Assembly (NCBI GenBank): GCA_963772835.1
Contig: CAVYYZ010000005.1
Span: 128,001 to 192,000, forward strand
Direction: 5' to 3'
Length of the DNA: 64,000 nucleotides
DNA from: an uncultured delta proteobacterium
GTDB lineage: Bacteria; Desulfobacterota; Desulfuromonadia; Geobacterales; Pseudopelobacteraceae
Position numbers and translations under genes: made by a program. Positions 21,569 through 31,761 of this stretch are shown here, piece after piece. How positions within the stretch are numbered: position 1 is the first letter of the stretch; each line of letters opens with the position of its first letter. Below the pieces are notes generated by a model that was not told the DNA's origin, made no database searches, and was given only the letters and a program-made list of their open reading frames with translations.

Positions 21569-22393
21569 TTACAAATCCTCTGATTTTTCAGAATTCTGTT
21601 TCTTAACGGCAAAGTTCTTTTTTTCGCGGTAGTACTCTGAGGCAATCATGTCAAGATCATGGGGCAGATGCGGCGGGGGTAGCAGAATATCGTTATTTAT
21701 TGAAGAAGACTCCACATACTTCCGCAAGCGCCGGATCGGGAGGAAAACATTTCTCCTCAGCAATGCCGTAACTCCTCCAATTGTAAGGATGAGGCTCATC
21801 AATGAAAAGATTGCCATCTGAATGCGCAGCATTGCAAGAGAGCTATCATGTTCCGCCCGCGACAGTCCAATATCCAATGTACCCAGAACCTTCTGGGCGG
21901 CAGGATGAACATGGCATGCCGCGGCTGAGCAGTCCGGTTCATTATAGATGGGTGCGGTAATCGCCATTACACCCATACCATCCGGTTTTCTGAACGTACG
22001 GGCCTGCTGCATTGTCCCCAGACTGGTTACAGGGGTTGCACCTTTGTGACAGACTATGCACCCTTCTGCAAACTTATCAACCTGGCTGTTTATCTCACCC
22101 GAATTGGCCGAAAAGGTCACAACACCTTTTTTATTGAAAATTCTGACATGATCGACCCCTTTTTGTTCGCCCACGTTTCGTATGATTGTTGCCAGCGTTT
22201 CACGGTCAGACTTGTGCATTGCATAGCGGGTGGACTTGAGGAGGATATCGGCAAGATTAGTGGCATGAACTATCTCTCCTCGATGGAGATCTTCACGGAT
22301 TACCGAGTACAGTATCAAACAGCAGACCACCATAAAACCGGTTACTGCGAGCCCGACCGGCACCAGCGCTTTTCCCGCAAGAGTAGCAAACAT
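21569..22393 (-). CDS. cbcD: Membrane-anchored heme c sensor-like protein, probable CbcD
   Basis: TM-periplasmic domain-TM; CIVCH and CSAAACH; ATG 22393 after GGAGG. Confidence 0.7.
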   Translation of the reverse strand: MFATLAGKALVPVGLAVTGFMVVCCLILYSVIREDLHRGEIVHATNLADILLKSTRYAMHKSDRETLATIIRNVGEQKGVDHVRIFNKKGVVTFSANSGEINSQVDKFAEGCIVCHKGATPVTSLGTMQQARTFRKPDGMGVMAITAPIYNEPDCSAAACHVHPAAQKVLGTLDIGLSRAEHDSSLAMLRIQMAIFSLMSLILTIGGVTALLRRNVFLPIRRLRKYVESSSINNDILLPPPHLPHDLDMIASEYYREKKNFAVKKQNSEKSEDL

Positions 22394-22430
22394 ATTATTC
22401 CTCCGCACTCCCGGACATATTCACTTTCAT

Positions 22431-23420
22431 CTACATTTTGTGACACGATTTGCATGTATCTGTAACAGTGAAAGCGGTTTTCCCATCATGGCATCCGCCG
22501 CAGGATTTCCCCTTTTCCATTTCTCCCATCGTAATTTTTACAGGGTCGCGGAGCGTTTTATAGAGGGACGCATGACAGTCACTGCACGTGTACAGACCAA
22601 TGTGGAATGTATGACTGAACATAACGTTGCCGGTGCTCTTCTCTTCAAACAGCAGTTCTCGTACCGGGTGACATTTTGAACACTCTTTCACAGAAAAGGC
22701 CAGTTTGGCATTGTGGCACGCGCCGCATGATGCCCCCTTCGCCATGGCTGCCATCCCTGCACGTTTGTTCTTTTGATTAGGAGCATACAGCTTCGGATGA
22801 CATGCGCCGCATTGTACCGCGGCCAGGTGAGCCGTATGACTGAAATTGGTGGGGCCGGTTTCTTTCACCTGATAGGTAATTTCCTTGACCGGGTGACATC
22901 TGACACACGTTTCAACGCCGAATGCTTTTTTACTGTTGTGACACGCACCGCAGGATTTTCCCTTTTCCATATCAGCCATAGTGAAACGCGTAGAGGAATT
23001 TGTGGTAAACAGTGTGGGATGACATGCCCCGCAATCTGCTGAAACGGCGAGATGAGATGTATGACTGAAGCCGGTAGGTCCTGTGGCCTTCACTTTAAAC
23101 ACAATATCTCTGGTCTGATGGCATCGACCGCATTCTGCGAGAGAAAATGCCTTATTTCCCGTATGGCATGCGCCGCACGAACGACCCTTTGCCATCTCTG
23201 CCATGGTAAAGCGCTTCTTCTTTTTTAAATCGTAAATGGCATCGTGACAGGCCCGACAGTTTTTACTCATCCCTTTCGTGTTTATATGGTCCCCATGGCT
23301 GAATATCACTGTGCCGGATTTTTTTGGATGATAAACCACATCCCGTATACTGACTGCAAACCCTGGACTTTGCACCAGAAGGAGTAATGTAAGGATAGTG
23401 AGGACGATGCGGCATTTCAT
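22431..23420 (-). CDS. cbcC: Dodecaheme cytochrome c (four c7-type triheme domains), probable CbcC
   Basis: Signal peptide; 12 CxxCH counted in four repeats of FSH...CxxCH...M...G.SCGxCH...CxxCH. Confidence 0.85.
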   Translation of the reverse strand: MKCRIVLTILTLLLLVQSPGFAVSIRDVVYHPKKSGTVIFSHGDHINTKGMSKNCRACHDAIYDLKKKKRFTMAEMAKGRSCGACHTGNKAFSLAECGRCHQTRDIVFKVKATGPTGFSHTSHLAVSADCGACHPTLFTTNSSTRFTMADMEKGKSCGACHNSKKAFGVETCVRCHPVKEITYQVKETGPTNFSHTAHLAAVQCGACHPKLYAPNQKNKRAGMAAMAKGASCGACHNAKLAFSVKECSKCHPVRELLFEEKSTGNVMFSHTFHIGLYTCSDCHASLYKTLRDPVKITMGEMEKGKSCGGCHDGKTAFTVTDTCKSCHKM

Positions 23421-23513
23421 AGAAATTCTCCTGTGCGTTTATTGCTCCGTTTCAGAAACCATCAGTTTTTCACCAGGGATTTCCGGATGAAATTACTGTG
23501 CTCAGATGGACCG

Positions 23514-24179
23514 TTACCTGCTGAGTGTTTTTTCAGGACTGCTGTCTTCGACCTCTTCCTCCTCCCACCCGTTCCACATCGGCTTAAAATGAGACAGGGG
23601 AGTATGACCGAGAGTTGCCAGATAGATATGTACAAAAAGAAACGCGGTAAAACAGCAGGCAAGGAGAAAATGCGTCCCGACCAGCATTTTTATACCTCCA
23701 AGCAGGAGAAGCAGCTCTCGCAGCGGGGCAACATACATGAGGAGCACGCCGCTGAATATAACCAGCGGCAACAGAATAAACATAATAACCAGGTATGTGG
23801 CCTTCTGCATCGGATTAAACTTGCTTTCAGGGGTACTGTGGTGCGGATTCGGTTTTCCAACAAAGTAGGTAAGTAAATAGAAGTACGCCTGACGGAAAAT
23901 GCCTGACGTAAGATCTTCAAGTGTCGGAACGTACAGTTTTATCAGACTTCGCGCCACGACCAGGTAGTACACCAGCCAGAGTGTATAGGAGATGGAAACA
24001 ACCATTCCGGCAGTATTATGCAGGCGGATTGCGGCTTTATAGGCTCCGAAAATGTTTATGTAATCGGGAAAGCGTATCTGAAGACCGGTCACGCAGAGGG
24101 TAACGATTCCGAAGGCATTCAGCCAGTGCCAGATTCTGACTGGCAGGGGGGTAACGTATACCATCTCATTATGCTTCAT
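23514..24179 (-). CDS. cbcB: Diheme cytochrome b subunit, probable CbcB
   Basis: VRIWHW, RLHN, KFNPMQK, GTHF...VHIYL (hydrogenase cytochrome b fold); ATG 24179 is 7 nt after AGGAG. Confidence 0.85.
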   Translation of the reverse strand: MKHNEMVYVTPLPVRIWHWLNAFGIVTLCVTGLQIRFPDYINIFGAYKAAIRLHNTAGMVVSISYTLWLVYYLVVARSLIKLYVPTLEDLTSGIFRQAYFYLLTYFVGKPNPHHSTPESKFNPMQKATYLVIMFILLPLVIFSGVLLMYVAPLRELLLLLGGIKMLVGTHFLLACCFTAFLFVHIYLATLGHTPLSHFKPMWNGWEEEEVEDSSPEKTLSR

Positions 24180-25230
24180 GATCATGCTCCTTTCTGTTCT
24201 TTCTGGTCAGAAATCGTAAGAAACCGTGAAACACCGGAAAGGACAGACCTGCCGCAACAATCAACGCACCGACAATATTGAGCGGAGTACTTCTTGTCGT
24301 GCCGAGCATGTAAAAATCGGGGGTCCCGTAAAGGATATCAAGAATTGCCCCTTTTTCTACGGCCACCCTGGTGTACCCACCGGTTTTCTCCGGAAATGCC
24401 ACAAAACTTCTCTGCATGGCTTTTGGCCCGGATGCGTGACAGAAAGAACAGTCCCAGCGATTATCCAGAATCTGATAACTGTGGGTGACAATCTCCGGCG
24501 TCATCATACCCCACAGCCGCATATTCATGCTGCGAAGCCGGTGATTGAATGCCCTCAATTCTTTGAGAGAGACAAGTTTATCTCCATTCACATCAATGAT
24601 ACCACTTATCCCGCCCCCGTTAGAAAGTCCGGCAAGTTCATCATAGGTAGCCGTTTTAAAAGCTCCTTTCGAGCCTGGCATGCGGCTTTCAATTGACATC
24701 GTTATGACATAATCCTTCGAACCGGTATGACAGGTAATACAAAGCAGCGAATCTATATGCAGGTCGGCCTGGGGAAGCCATTTAGAGTGAGTTTTAATGG
24801 TTTTTCGTGTGTCATGGCATTTCGCGCACGTGCTGTTGATGTCGTCGCCGGACATAAACATCGGCAGCCGGACCTCATGCGGGTTGTGACAACCGTTGCA
24901 GCCGGCTTTTGATGCATGGAGACTTTTCGCATATTCGGCATAAACAGGACTGTGGCACTCTCCGCACGTCGCTTTTGGCGGTATATACCCATCCCCCGGA
25001 TGACCGGATGAAACACGGTCATGACAAGACGTACAGCCGACAATTGAATGTGTGGTGGCACCGAACTTCACCGGGTCAATATAGGCATTCACTCCTGGAA
25101 CGGTCTTGATTCCAACCCGACCATGGCAGTTCATACACTTTTCATTTTCAGGAGCAACAGCCGACACGGCGACGGTTGAAAGCATCAAAACAGCCAGAAG
25201 CATCCATATGGTGCTGATACACGCTTTCAT
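24169..25230 (-). CDS. cbcA: Heptaheme cytochrome c with C-terminal TM anchor, probable CbcA
   Basis: Signal peptide; 7 CxxCH; C-terminal TM helix with His (PVFHGFLR); overlaps the cytochrome b gene. Confidence 0.85.
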   Translation of the reverse strand: MKACISTIWMLLAVLMLSTVAVSAVAPENEKCMNCHGRVGIKTVPGVNAYIDPVKFGATTHSIVGCTSCHDRVSSGHPGDGYIPPKATCGECHSPVYAEYAKSLHASKAGCNGCHNPHEVRLPMFMSGDDINSTCAKCHDTRKTIKTHSKWLPQADLHIDSLLCITCHTGSKDYVITMSIESRMPGSKGAFKTATYDELAGLSNGGGISGIIDVNGDKLVSLKELRAFNHRLRSMNMRLWGMMTPEIVTHSYQILDNRWDCSFCHASGPKAMQRSFVAFPEKTGGYTRVAVEKGAILDILYGTPDFYMLGTTRSTPLNIVGALIVAAGLSFPVFHGFLRFLTRKNRKEHDHEA

Positions 25231-25459
25231 AGTTTCGACTCCCTGTCCAATCCTGCGTAAATTCAAATAGTGGCAATTGACATTTCGCAACCGACCACAT
25301 CTTTGTAGCACTCTTTTGTGAACATACAAGTCCAGTATAAAAAATACTCATGTAACACTACCGGTTCCTCAAAAAAAGAGACATTTCAGGAATACACCCG
25401 TTTGACATGTGTGAAATATTTGGTAGCTTTTATTAAATGGACGCAGAAGAGGACACCCT

Positions 25460-26869
25460 ATGAAAAACAGCAGACTTCTTGTAGTTGATGACGAGGCGGT
25501 AATAAGGGATGGCCTGAAACGAATTCTCGAGAAAGAGTCATTCGTTGTTGAAACCTGTTCCAGCGGGTACAGCGCCATCGAGGCCATGCAAAAACTCGAC
25601 TTCGACCTCATTATAACTGATCTGAAAATGCCCGGGATGAGCGGCATCGAGGTGCTGAAAAGTGTCAGGACACTGCAACCTCATATTCCGGTAATTCTGA
25701 TAACAGGCTATGCTTCTGTTGATACGGCAGTGGAAGCCATGAAGCAGGGTGCGGCCGATTACGTATCAAAGCCTTTCATACCTGACCTGCTTCTGGAAAA
25801 GGTTCATAACGCCCTCCGTCACAACAGTACGCCTCTGGATGATATCTGCTTTAAAGAAGAGGTCAGCCGGCATCATGGTTTTCATCAGTTTATCGGCGAA
25901 AGCAAAGAGATGCAGAAAGTCTACCATCGGATCATGCTTGTCGCCGCCACCAACAGCACAGTGCTCATCACCGGGGAAAGCGGTACCGGCAAGGAACTCG
26001 CTGCCCGCGCAATTCACGACAACAGTCCCCGGAGAGAGAACCCTTTTGTTGCGGTGGATTGTTCTTCCCTGGCAGAAACGCTCCTTGAGAGTGAACTGTT
26101 CGGGCATGTCAAAGGATCATTTACCGGCGCGATCCAGACAAAAACCGGTCTGTTCAAGATAGCCGACGGCGGGACTCTTTTTCTTGATGAAGTTTCAAAC
26201 ATCAGTCTGTCGACTCAGGCAAAACTGCTGCGGGCTCTGCAGGAACGTAAGATCACCCCGATCGGCGGCACACAGCTGGTACCTATTGATATACATCTCG
26301 TTGCCGCAACAAACAAAAATCTTAAACTTTTGGCACATGACGGATTGTTCCGGGAGGACCTCTTCTTTCGCCTCAATATAATTCCGATCGAACTCCCGCC
26401 GCTACGCGAACGAAGACTCGATATTCCGGTTCTGATCCGCCATTTCCTCAAAAAATACACTACCGAGATTGGCAAAGAGATCAGGGGAGTTGCACCGGAT
26501 GTGATGTCATTTCTCGAACAGTACGAGTATCCGGGCAATGTACGGGAACTGGAAAACATGATTGAACGGGCGGTGGTACTGGCGGAAGGGGATGTCATAC
26601 GAAATGAGGATCTGGAACTGTGGGACAATACTGATGCTGTTTCATCCGGATTTATCGAGAAGGTACCCTGGAACGCGGAAGAGCTTAAGGAGATGAAACG
26701 GCATATTCGTGATCATGCCATGGATTCACTTGAGAGCATGTTCGTACGTAATGCCCTTGAACGTAACGGTTGGAATGTCACCAGAGCGGCTGAAGAGACC
26801 GGCATCCTCCGGCCTAATTTCCAGAGCATGATGAAAAAACTGGGGATTTCGGCGAAAGGAGAACATTGA
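25460..26869 (+). CDS. Sigma-54-dependent response regulator, BccR-like by position
   Basis: REC, GESGTGKE, GSFTGA, HTH; divergent from cbcA. Confidence 0.92.
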   Translation: MKNSRLLVVDDEAVIRDGLKRILEKESFVVETCSSGYSAIEAMQKLDFDLIITDLKMPGMSGIEVLKSVRTLQPHIPVILITGYASVDTAVEAMKQGAADYVSKPFIPDLLLEKVHNALRHNSTPLDDICFKEEVSRHHGFHQFIGESKEMQKVYHRIMLVAATNSTVLITGESGTGKELAARAIHDNSPRRENPFVAVDCSSLAETLLESELFGHVKGSFTGAIQTKTGLFKIADGGTLFLDEVSNISLSTQAKLLRALQERKITPIGGTQLVPIDIHLVAATNKNLKLLAHDGLFREDLFFRLNIIPIELPPLRERRLDIPVLIRHFLKKYTTEIGKEIRGVAPDVMSFLEQYEYPGNVRELENMIERAVVLAEGDVIRNEDLELWDNTDAVSSGFIEKVPWNAEELKEMKRHIRDHAMDSLESMFVRNALERNGWNVTRAAEETGILRPNFQSMMKKLGISAKGEH

Positions 26870-26882
26870 CTTTTTGAGGACG

Positions 26883-28442
26883 TCATCCCGACACAGTGAG
26901 CATGACAGTAAATGCGGCCCACTCACCGACACGACTCTTTACCTCGATTCTCCCGCCATTGCTTTCAATTATACCGTATGAAATTGACAGCCCAAGCCCT
27001 GTACCTTCAGGCTTTGTCGTAAAGAACGGATCGAAAATCCTGGGAAGGTCATCTGCCGGTATTCCAACACCGCTATCTTTTATTTCTGCACAGACATATC
27101 GCCCGTCTTCCGATCCGTACGTGGATATTTCCAGCTTCCCTCCCCGGGGCATCGCATGGCCTGCATTAATAACCAGGTTCATGAATACCTGCCGGATCTG
27201 GCCGGGATCAACAGATACCAGCGGCAGACCGGTGCAGTAATTTTTTATGATTTCGATTTCATTAAAATCCGGTTGTTGATGAAAAAAAGTGGCCACTTCG
27301 TCGAGAATTGTTTCAAGGGCAATAGTCTCCTTTTCCGGCAGCGATTCCCGGCTGAATTCAAGCAGCTCTTTCACAATTCCTGCGCACCTCTGCGTTTCAG
27401 AAATCACCTTCTCAACGTCAGGTATCAGGGCCGGATCCAGACGTTTATCGTTGTTCATGATAGAAGCATACAAAAGAATTCCCGTTAACGGGTTGTTTAT
27501 CTCGTGTGCCACCCCGGCCGCAAGAGTGCCGAGTGATGCCAGTTTCTCCGAGCGGCGTAACTGCTCCTCCATTCGCATTATTTCACGGCTTCGTTCTGCC
27601 ACCTTGTTTTCAAGACTGTCACCCCACCCCTTCAACTCTTTTTCTGCTCTGCCAAGACTTTCAGTCATTCGGTTGATTGATTCCGACAGCTCCCCAAGCT
27701 CATCCCTGCTGGACACGGGAACTCTTGATTCCAGATCCCCCGAAGCGACCAGAGCACTGTGCCGGACAAGTCTCTGCACCGGGATATCGACCAGATAGTG
27801 TATGAGAATGGTTACCAGCATTCCGATCAATAAAAGGAGAATACAGGCCATCATGACAAATTCAAGACGGTATTCATGAGATTTCTTCCGAAGCATTTCC
27901 AGGGAAATTGAAATATCAAGGAGCCCCAAAACGGTGTCATTCCTTCCATGAAAATGGCAGGATGCTGCTACACAGGCCGGTTGACTGTAAATCGCCTTGG
28001 TAAAACCGAGCGCTTCTTTCCCGGAGCGGGTATGTATGATCCTGCTGCGGTTCATTGAATCTGTCGATATACCGGAACCTACTGAACTGTGGCACATAAT
28101 ACATTCATCAGCATGTTTGCCGACAACGGAACCGATTTCTCCTGTTATATTTGAAAAGACCACTTTCCCTTTTTGATCTATCAACCGTATATGCTCGATA
28201 TTCTGACTTTTTGAAACTCTCCCGATCATGTGATAGAGAGCGGTTTTATCATTGGTCATCATGGCGTCATAAGCGCTCTGATTAATGACATCGGCAACGT
28301 CTTCCGCATTTGAAACGGCGTAATCAATCATTACCTTGCGAAAGTTTTTCAGATTGATGTTATCCAGCAATCCCATAAAAACAATCAGGATCAGCGAAGT
28401 GGCAAAGGTGAGTTTTACAATGAGAGAAATGTGCACATTCAT
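26883..28442 (-). CDS. Sensor histidine kinase with periplasmic heme c domain and HAMP
   Basis: Two TMs; CIMCH and CVAASCH; HAMP (SRDELGEL); VAHEINNP; GTGLGL. Confidence 0.93.
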   Translation of the reverse strand: MNVHISLIVKLTFATSLILIVFMGLLDNINLKNFRKVMIDYAVSNAEDVADVINQSAYDAMMTNDKTALYHMIGRVSKSQNIEHIRLIDQKGKVVFSNITGEIGSVVGKHADECIMCHSSVGSGISTDSMNRSRIIHTRSGKEALGFTKAIYSQPACVAASCHFHGRNDTVLGLLDISISLEMLRKKSHEYRLEFVMMACILLLLIGMLVTILIHYLVDIPVQRLVRHSALVASGDLESRVPVSSRDELGELSESINRMTESLGRAEKELKGWGDSLENKVAERSREIMRMEEQLRRSEKLASLGTLAAGVAHEINNPLTGILLYASIMNNDKRLDPALIPDVEKVISETQRCAGIVKELLEFSRESLPEKETIALETILDEVATFFHQQPDFNEIEIIKNYCTGLPLVSVDPGQIRQVFMNLVINAGHAMPRGGKLEISTYGSEDGRYVCAEIKDSGVGIPADDLPRIFDPFFTTKPEGTGLGLSISYGIIESNGGRIEVKSRVGEWAAFTVMLTVSG

Positions 28443-28531
28443 GCAGAAAATTCCTTCTTAAATACAGTGACTATCGTTTTTCTAACATATACATTTCAAG
28501 CCCGTATGAAAGGGAATGCCCCCTCAATCAG

Positions 28532-28549
28532 GTGCACTGTTCAGTGCAC
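28532..28549. promoter_or_regulatory. Perfect palindrome, candidate activator/operator site
   Basis: GTGCACTG-TT-CAGTGCAC in a divergent intergenic region. Confidence 0.45.
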
Positions 28550-28684
28550 AGGAGAGTTGTACCGTATAACGTATTCATACAGTTTTCCCCAACCGGAAAA
28601 AACACCCGCTGCAGCCCGCGCCATTACTGCTGCTAACCACCTTGAATAATGTCACTTATTTTTACCGGCACAGCGACCCGCCTA

Positions 28685-28701
28685 TTGGCATGTTCGATGC
28701 T
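28685..28701 (+). promoter_or_regulatory. Candidate sigma-54 promoter
   Basis: TTGGCATGTTCGATGCT = GG-N10-GC. Confidence 0.6.
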
Positions 28702-28813
28702 TTCCTATGAACAGGCAATGAATACATCGGTCCCGGAAATCCGGAATGTGTATGCGTTCCGGCGGCAACACCCGCACCCGGGCTGTATAATCGAATTACT
28801 GAAAGGGATGGCC

Positions 28814-29041
28814 ATGTGGCAACCGAATGAAAAAATATGCATTAAATTTCATATCGCAGGGTCTATAGCCACGCTTGTCTGCGGCTTCACAGTTATTTTT
28901 ATCTGCCTTGCGCCGGTATATTTTCCGGGCGCGTACCGATTACTGCTTGATGATCGCATCGGGATTATTATACCCTATCTTCTGTTTATTGCTCTCGGAG
29001 AGTCGATTTTTTCTATCTGGTATTTTCTGTTCCGAAAATGA
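28814..29041 (+). CDS. Small two-TM membrane protein
   Basis: Two hydrophobic segments; AAGGG upstream; start uncertain (28808 or 28814). Confidence 0.55.
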   Translation: MWQPNEKICIKFHIAGSIATLVCGFTVIFICLAPVYFPGAYRLLLDDRIGIIIPYLLFIALGESIFSIWYFLFRK

Positions 29042-29067
29042 GAGCGCAACATAGCTGGAGTACATAC

Positions 29068-29388
29068 ATGGATACGATTCGGGACGAAGCGGTTGCATAC
29101 ATGAAAATCCTGAAAAAGGTTAGGCGAAGGCGCCTCTATTTTTTTGCCACTCTGCTCGCGTATATTCCTGCCGTATGGATTACCTATCAGATTTCTCCCG
29201 GGAACAGTACTATGGGAACACTGTTCGGGGTCTGGGTGGTCGTACTTATTTTTGTCACCTTTCTTGCCGCAGTATGCAGATGTCCCCGATGCGGAAACTT
29301 TTTCCATGTCCACGGCATGACCCTTCTGATTCTGCGTACATGCCTCCACTGTCAGCTTCATATAAATGCCGATAAAAGCACACATTGA
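29068..29388 (+). CDS. Small membrane protein with C-terminal Zn ribbon
   Basis: Two TMs followed by CPRC...CLHC; GGAG RBS. Confidence 0.7.
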   Translation: MDTIRDEAVAYMKILKKVRRRRLYFFATLLAYIPAVWITYQISPGNSTMGTLFGVWVVVLIFVTFLAAVCRCPRCGNFFHVHGMTLLILRTCLHCQLHINADKSTH

Positions 29389-29420
29389 AAAGGCCACCCT
29401 GAGGCGGCCTTTTCAATGTG
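29381..29420. terminator. Bidirectional intrinsic terminator
   Basis: 15-bp perfect inverted repeat CACATTGAAAAGGCC / GGCCTTTTCAATGTG between convergent genes. Confidence 0.8.
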
Positions 29421-29447
29421 AAATTATGTCCATCTTTCTCCTCCCTG

Positions 29448-29669
29448 TCATTTCTTGACCGGCGCCATTTCCTCTTTCACCACAGAGGTAATTCCCTTCG
29501 CCATACCGAACATCAACAGAATAGCCGGTATTACCTGCGCTACAACTATCAGCGCGCAAAATCCGAGAAAAACCCACACAAAAATTCCACTGCTGTCTTC
29601 ACGCACTCCTGCAGCTGCAAAAGCTGTCGCCGGAGCGATGACTCCCAATATCGTGGCTAAAACTCTCAT
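29448..29669 (-). CDS. Small protein (73 aa) with signal peptide and one long hydrophobic segment
   Basis: AGGAGG RBS; AFA cleavage motif; own sigma-54 promoter and terminator. Confidence 0.8.
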   Translation of the reverse strand: MRVLATILGVIAPATAFAAAGVREDSSGIFVWVFLGFCALIVVAQVIPAILLMFGMAKGITSVVKEEMAPVKK

Positions 29670-29725
29670 GACATCCTCCTTTTTCTTTCAAATTTTGGAG
29701 TCGTTAACCGCTCCTGCAATTTTAA

Positions 29726-29743
29726 TTGCATAGCGGATGCCAA
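29726..29743 (-). promoter_or_regulatory. Sigma-54 promoter
   Basis: Minus strand TTGGCATCCGCTATGCAA = GG-N10-GC, ~57 nt before the ATG. Confidence 0.75.
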
Positions 29744-29838
29744 GAAGCTTTAAAAAACAATAACTACCCGATGTTATACATATTTTTTAATAAAATGAGG
29801 ATTTTTTACGACAATGCAGTAGAAGACAATGCGGGATA

Positions 29839-29858
29839 CTGTATGAAAAAAAATACAG
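29839..29858. promoter_or_regulatory. Candidate enhancer (UAS) for a sigma-54 activator
   Basis: CTGTAT-N8-ATACAG about 100 bp upstream of the -24 element. Confidence 0.5.
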
Positions 29859-30080
29859 AAAAACCCATGAGCTGATTAAAAATACAATTATTACAGATAT
29901 TTATACGCAAAGGCAGGGACATCCAGAGTGTATAAAACATGTATACCATGCGGCAGCGCAACCGGTTCTGTTACTTCAGGTATTCCATCACAATAAAATC
30001 ATACACGCACCCGGTCGCTGTCATCGTTGGTACAGGCCTCCCGTCAGGGCCCGCGTCGTACCCCGCAATGAACGGAATTA

Positions 30081-30284
30081 TCATCCGAGAGGAACCGGGA
30101 AACAGACATTATGCGGCAAATTAGCCTTTGCACCACATTTAGAGCACAAAATCGCCGGGTCAGAACTTAAATGATATACCTCATTCAGTAACCCCATATG
30201 CGACAGCCAACAGATATGCCCTCTATGCATTTCTCCGCAGCTGCACTCTGTTTCCGGGCTTTTTCCATCCAGTTGATCAGTCAT
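30081..30284 (-). CDS. Small Cys/His-rich probable metal-binding protein (67 aa)
   Basis: HxxHxC...CxxC...HxxCxP pattern; GAAAGGA RBS. Confidence 0.65.
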   Translation of the reverse strand: MTDQLDGKSPETECSCGEMHRGHICWLSHMGLLNEVYHLSSDPAILCSKCGAKANLPHNVCFPVPLG

Positions 30285-30341
30285 GACTTTCCTTTCGTTA
30301 TGCCCACTGGTAATTATGTTACTCAGGAGCACTCTGTCCTG

Positions 30342-30797
30342 TTATTTCTTACGTACGGACCGGGTCAACAATCGATCCAGCGACGATGCAAACCGTTGTC
30401 TGTCCATAAGACTTAATTGTGACGGGCCGCCCTGAGCAAAACCTTCGGCACGAAGTTCCGCCATCAACCCCCTCATGGCAAGTTTTTCTCCTACATTCTC
30501 CTCCGTATAGATTTCACCGCGCGGATCAAGTGCTGTCCCTCCATTGGCAACTATCCGCGCCGCCAGAGGTATATCTGCGGTGATCACCAGATCTTCAGCT
30601 GCAGCATGTTCGGCAATATAGTCATCGGCTATATCAAATCCGTCAGGGACAACAATAGATTCGATCAACCCGTTGTTGTGTTTGGACAGGCTTTTGTTTG
30701 CCACAAGCAGTACGGGCAGATCAAGACGCCCGGAAGCTCTAAAGAGTATTTCCTTGATTACGCGGGGGCAGGCATCGGCATCAATCCAAATTTTCAT
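30342..30797 (-). CDS. YaiI/YqxD (UPF0178) family protein
   Basis: [25 protein letters not shown]. Confidence 0.92.
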   Translation of the reverse strand: MKIWIDADACPRVIKEILFRASGRLDLPVLLVANKSLSKHNNGLIESIVVPDGFDIADDYIAEHAAAEDLVITADIPLAARIVANGGTALDPRGEIYTEENVGEKLAMRGLMAELRAEGFAQGGPSQLSLMDRQRFASSLDRLLTRSVRKK

Positions 30798-30843
30798 CGT
30801 ATTTCCAGATCCGGGCGCGCCTTTCAAAACGAAAAGGCCCCAT

Positions 30844-31761
30844 TCATTGAGCTGCAGGACGAAACAGACGTGGTCTGCTGACAACGCTTATTCCAGCCAG
30901 TACCATTACAGCTCCGATGCCAAAGTAAACATCAACTGTCTCATGCAGCAGCAGTACACCGAAAGAAACTCCGAATAACGGTGACATAAAAGAGAATACC
31001 GCGAGTCTCGAAGCAAGATATCTCCGTAATAGCCAGAACCAGGTAAGGTAGCTGGCGAAGGTAATAACAAATCCCTGAAAAAGCAGGCTCGCCCATGCAA
31101 TTTTCGACATGGTGATATTGCCTGACTGTCCCGAACAAAGACCATAGAGAAGCAGGATAACAAAAGCGGCCGCAAGTTGGTAGAGCAGTGTTTTTGTAGG
31201 CGGCGCTTCCGACAGATTTGTACAGCGTATGATCACCGTCGTTGCCCCCCAACCGGCCCCGGCAAGAACGCCCAGAAAATCGCCCCAAAGCACTCGGGAG
31301 CTGAACCCCTCATGCAGAGATCCCCCGGTAAAAGCGGTCGCGATGCCGCCAAAAGCAATCGCAATGCCCAGCCACTGATGCAGGCGAAGTTTTTCGGCGG
31401 TGAGGAAGAAGTGGAGACCCAATGCGGTAAAGATCGGTGCGGTGTACAGAAACACTGCCATATGAGATGCAGATGTGAAGCGAAGTCCCTCCGCGATAAA
31501 GAGAAACTCGGCGGAGAACAGGATTCCGACAATTATGCCAGGTTGCAGCGTACCGTCGTGAAGGTTGAATTTTTCCCTGCCGCATCCTATGACGATGGCA
31601 ACAAGTAACGCACTGATACCGGAGCGCAAAGCAATCTGCATGATCGGAGCGATATCTGGCGCAGCCACCTTGATCGCAACCTGATGCAAACCCCACACGG
31701 TACAAAGCAGGATCATCATACCGATCCCGAATCCATCTATCTGTCTGCGCTCCGACCCCAT
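30844..31761 (-). CDS. DMT/EamA family transporter
   Basis: About 10 TMs in two EamA repeats. Confidence 0.9.
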   Translation of the reverse strand: MGSERRQIDGFGIGMMILLCTVWGLHQVAIKVAAPDIAPIMQIALRSGISALLVAIVIGCGREKFNLHDGTLQPGIIVGILFSAEFLFIAEGLRFTSASHMAVFLYTAPIFTALGLHFFLTAEKLRLHQWLGIAIAFGGIATAFTGGSLHEGFSSRVLWGDFLGVLAGAGWGATTVIIRCTNLSEAPPTKTLLYQLAAAFVILLLYGLCSGQSGNITMSKIAWASLLFQGFVITFASYLTWFWLLRRYLASRLAVFSFMSPLFGVSFGVLLLHETVDVYFGIGAVMVLAGISVVSRPRLFRPAAQ

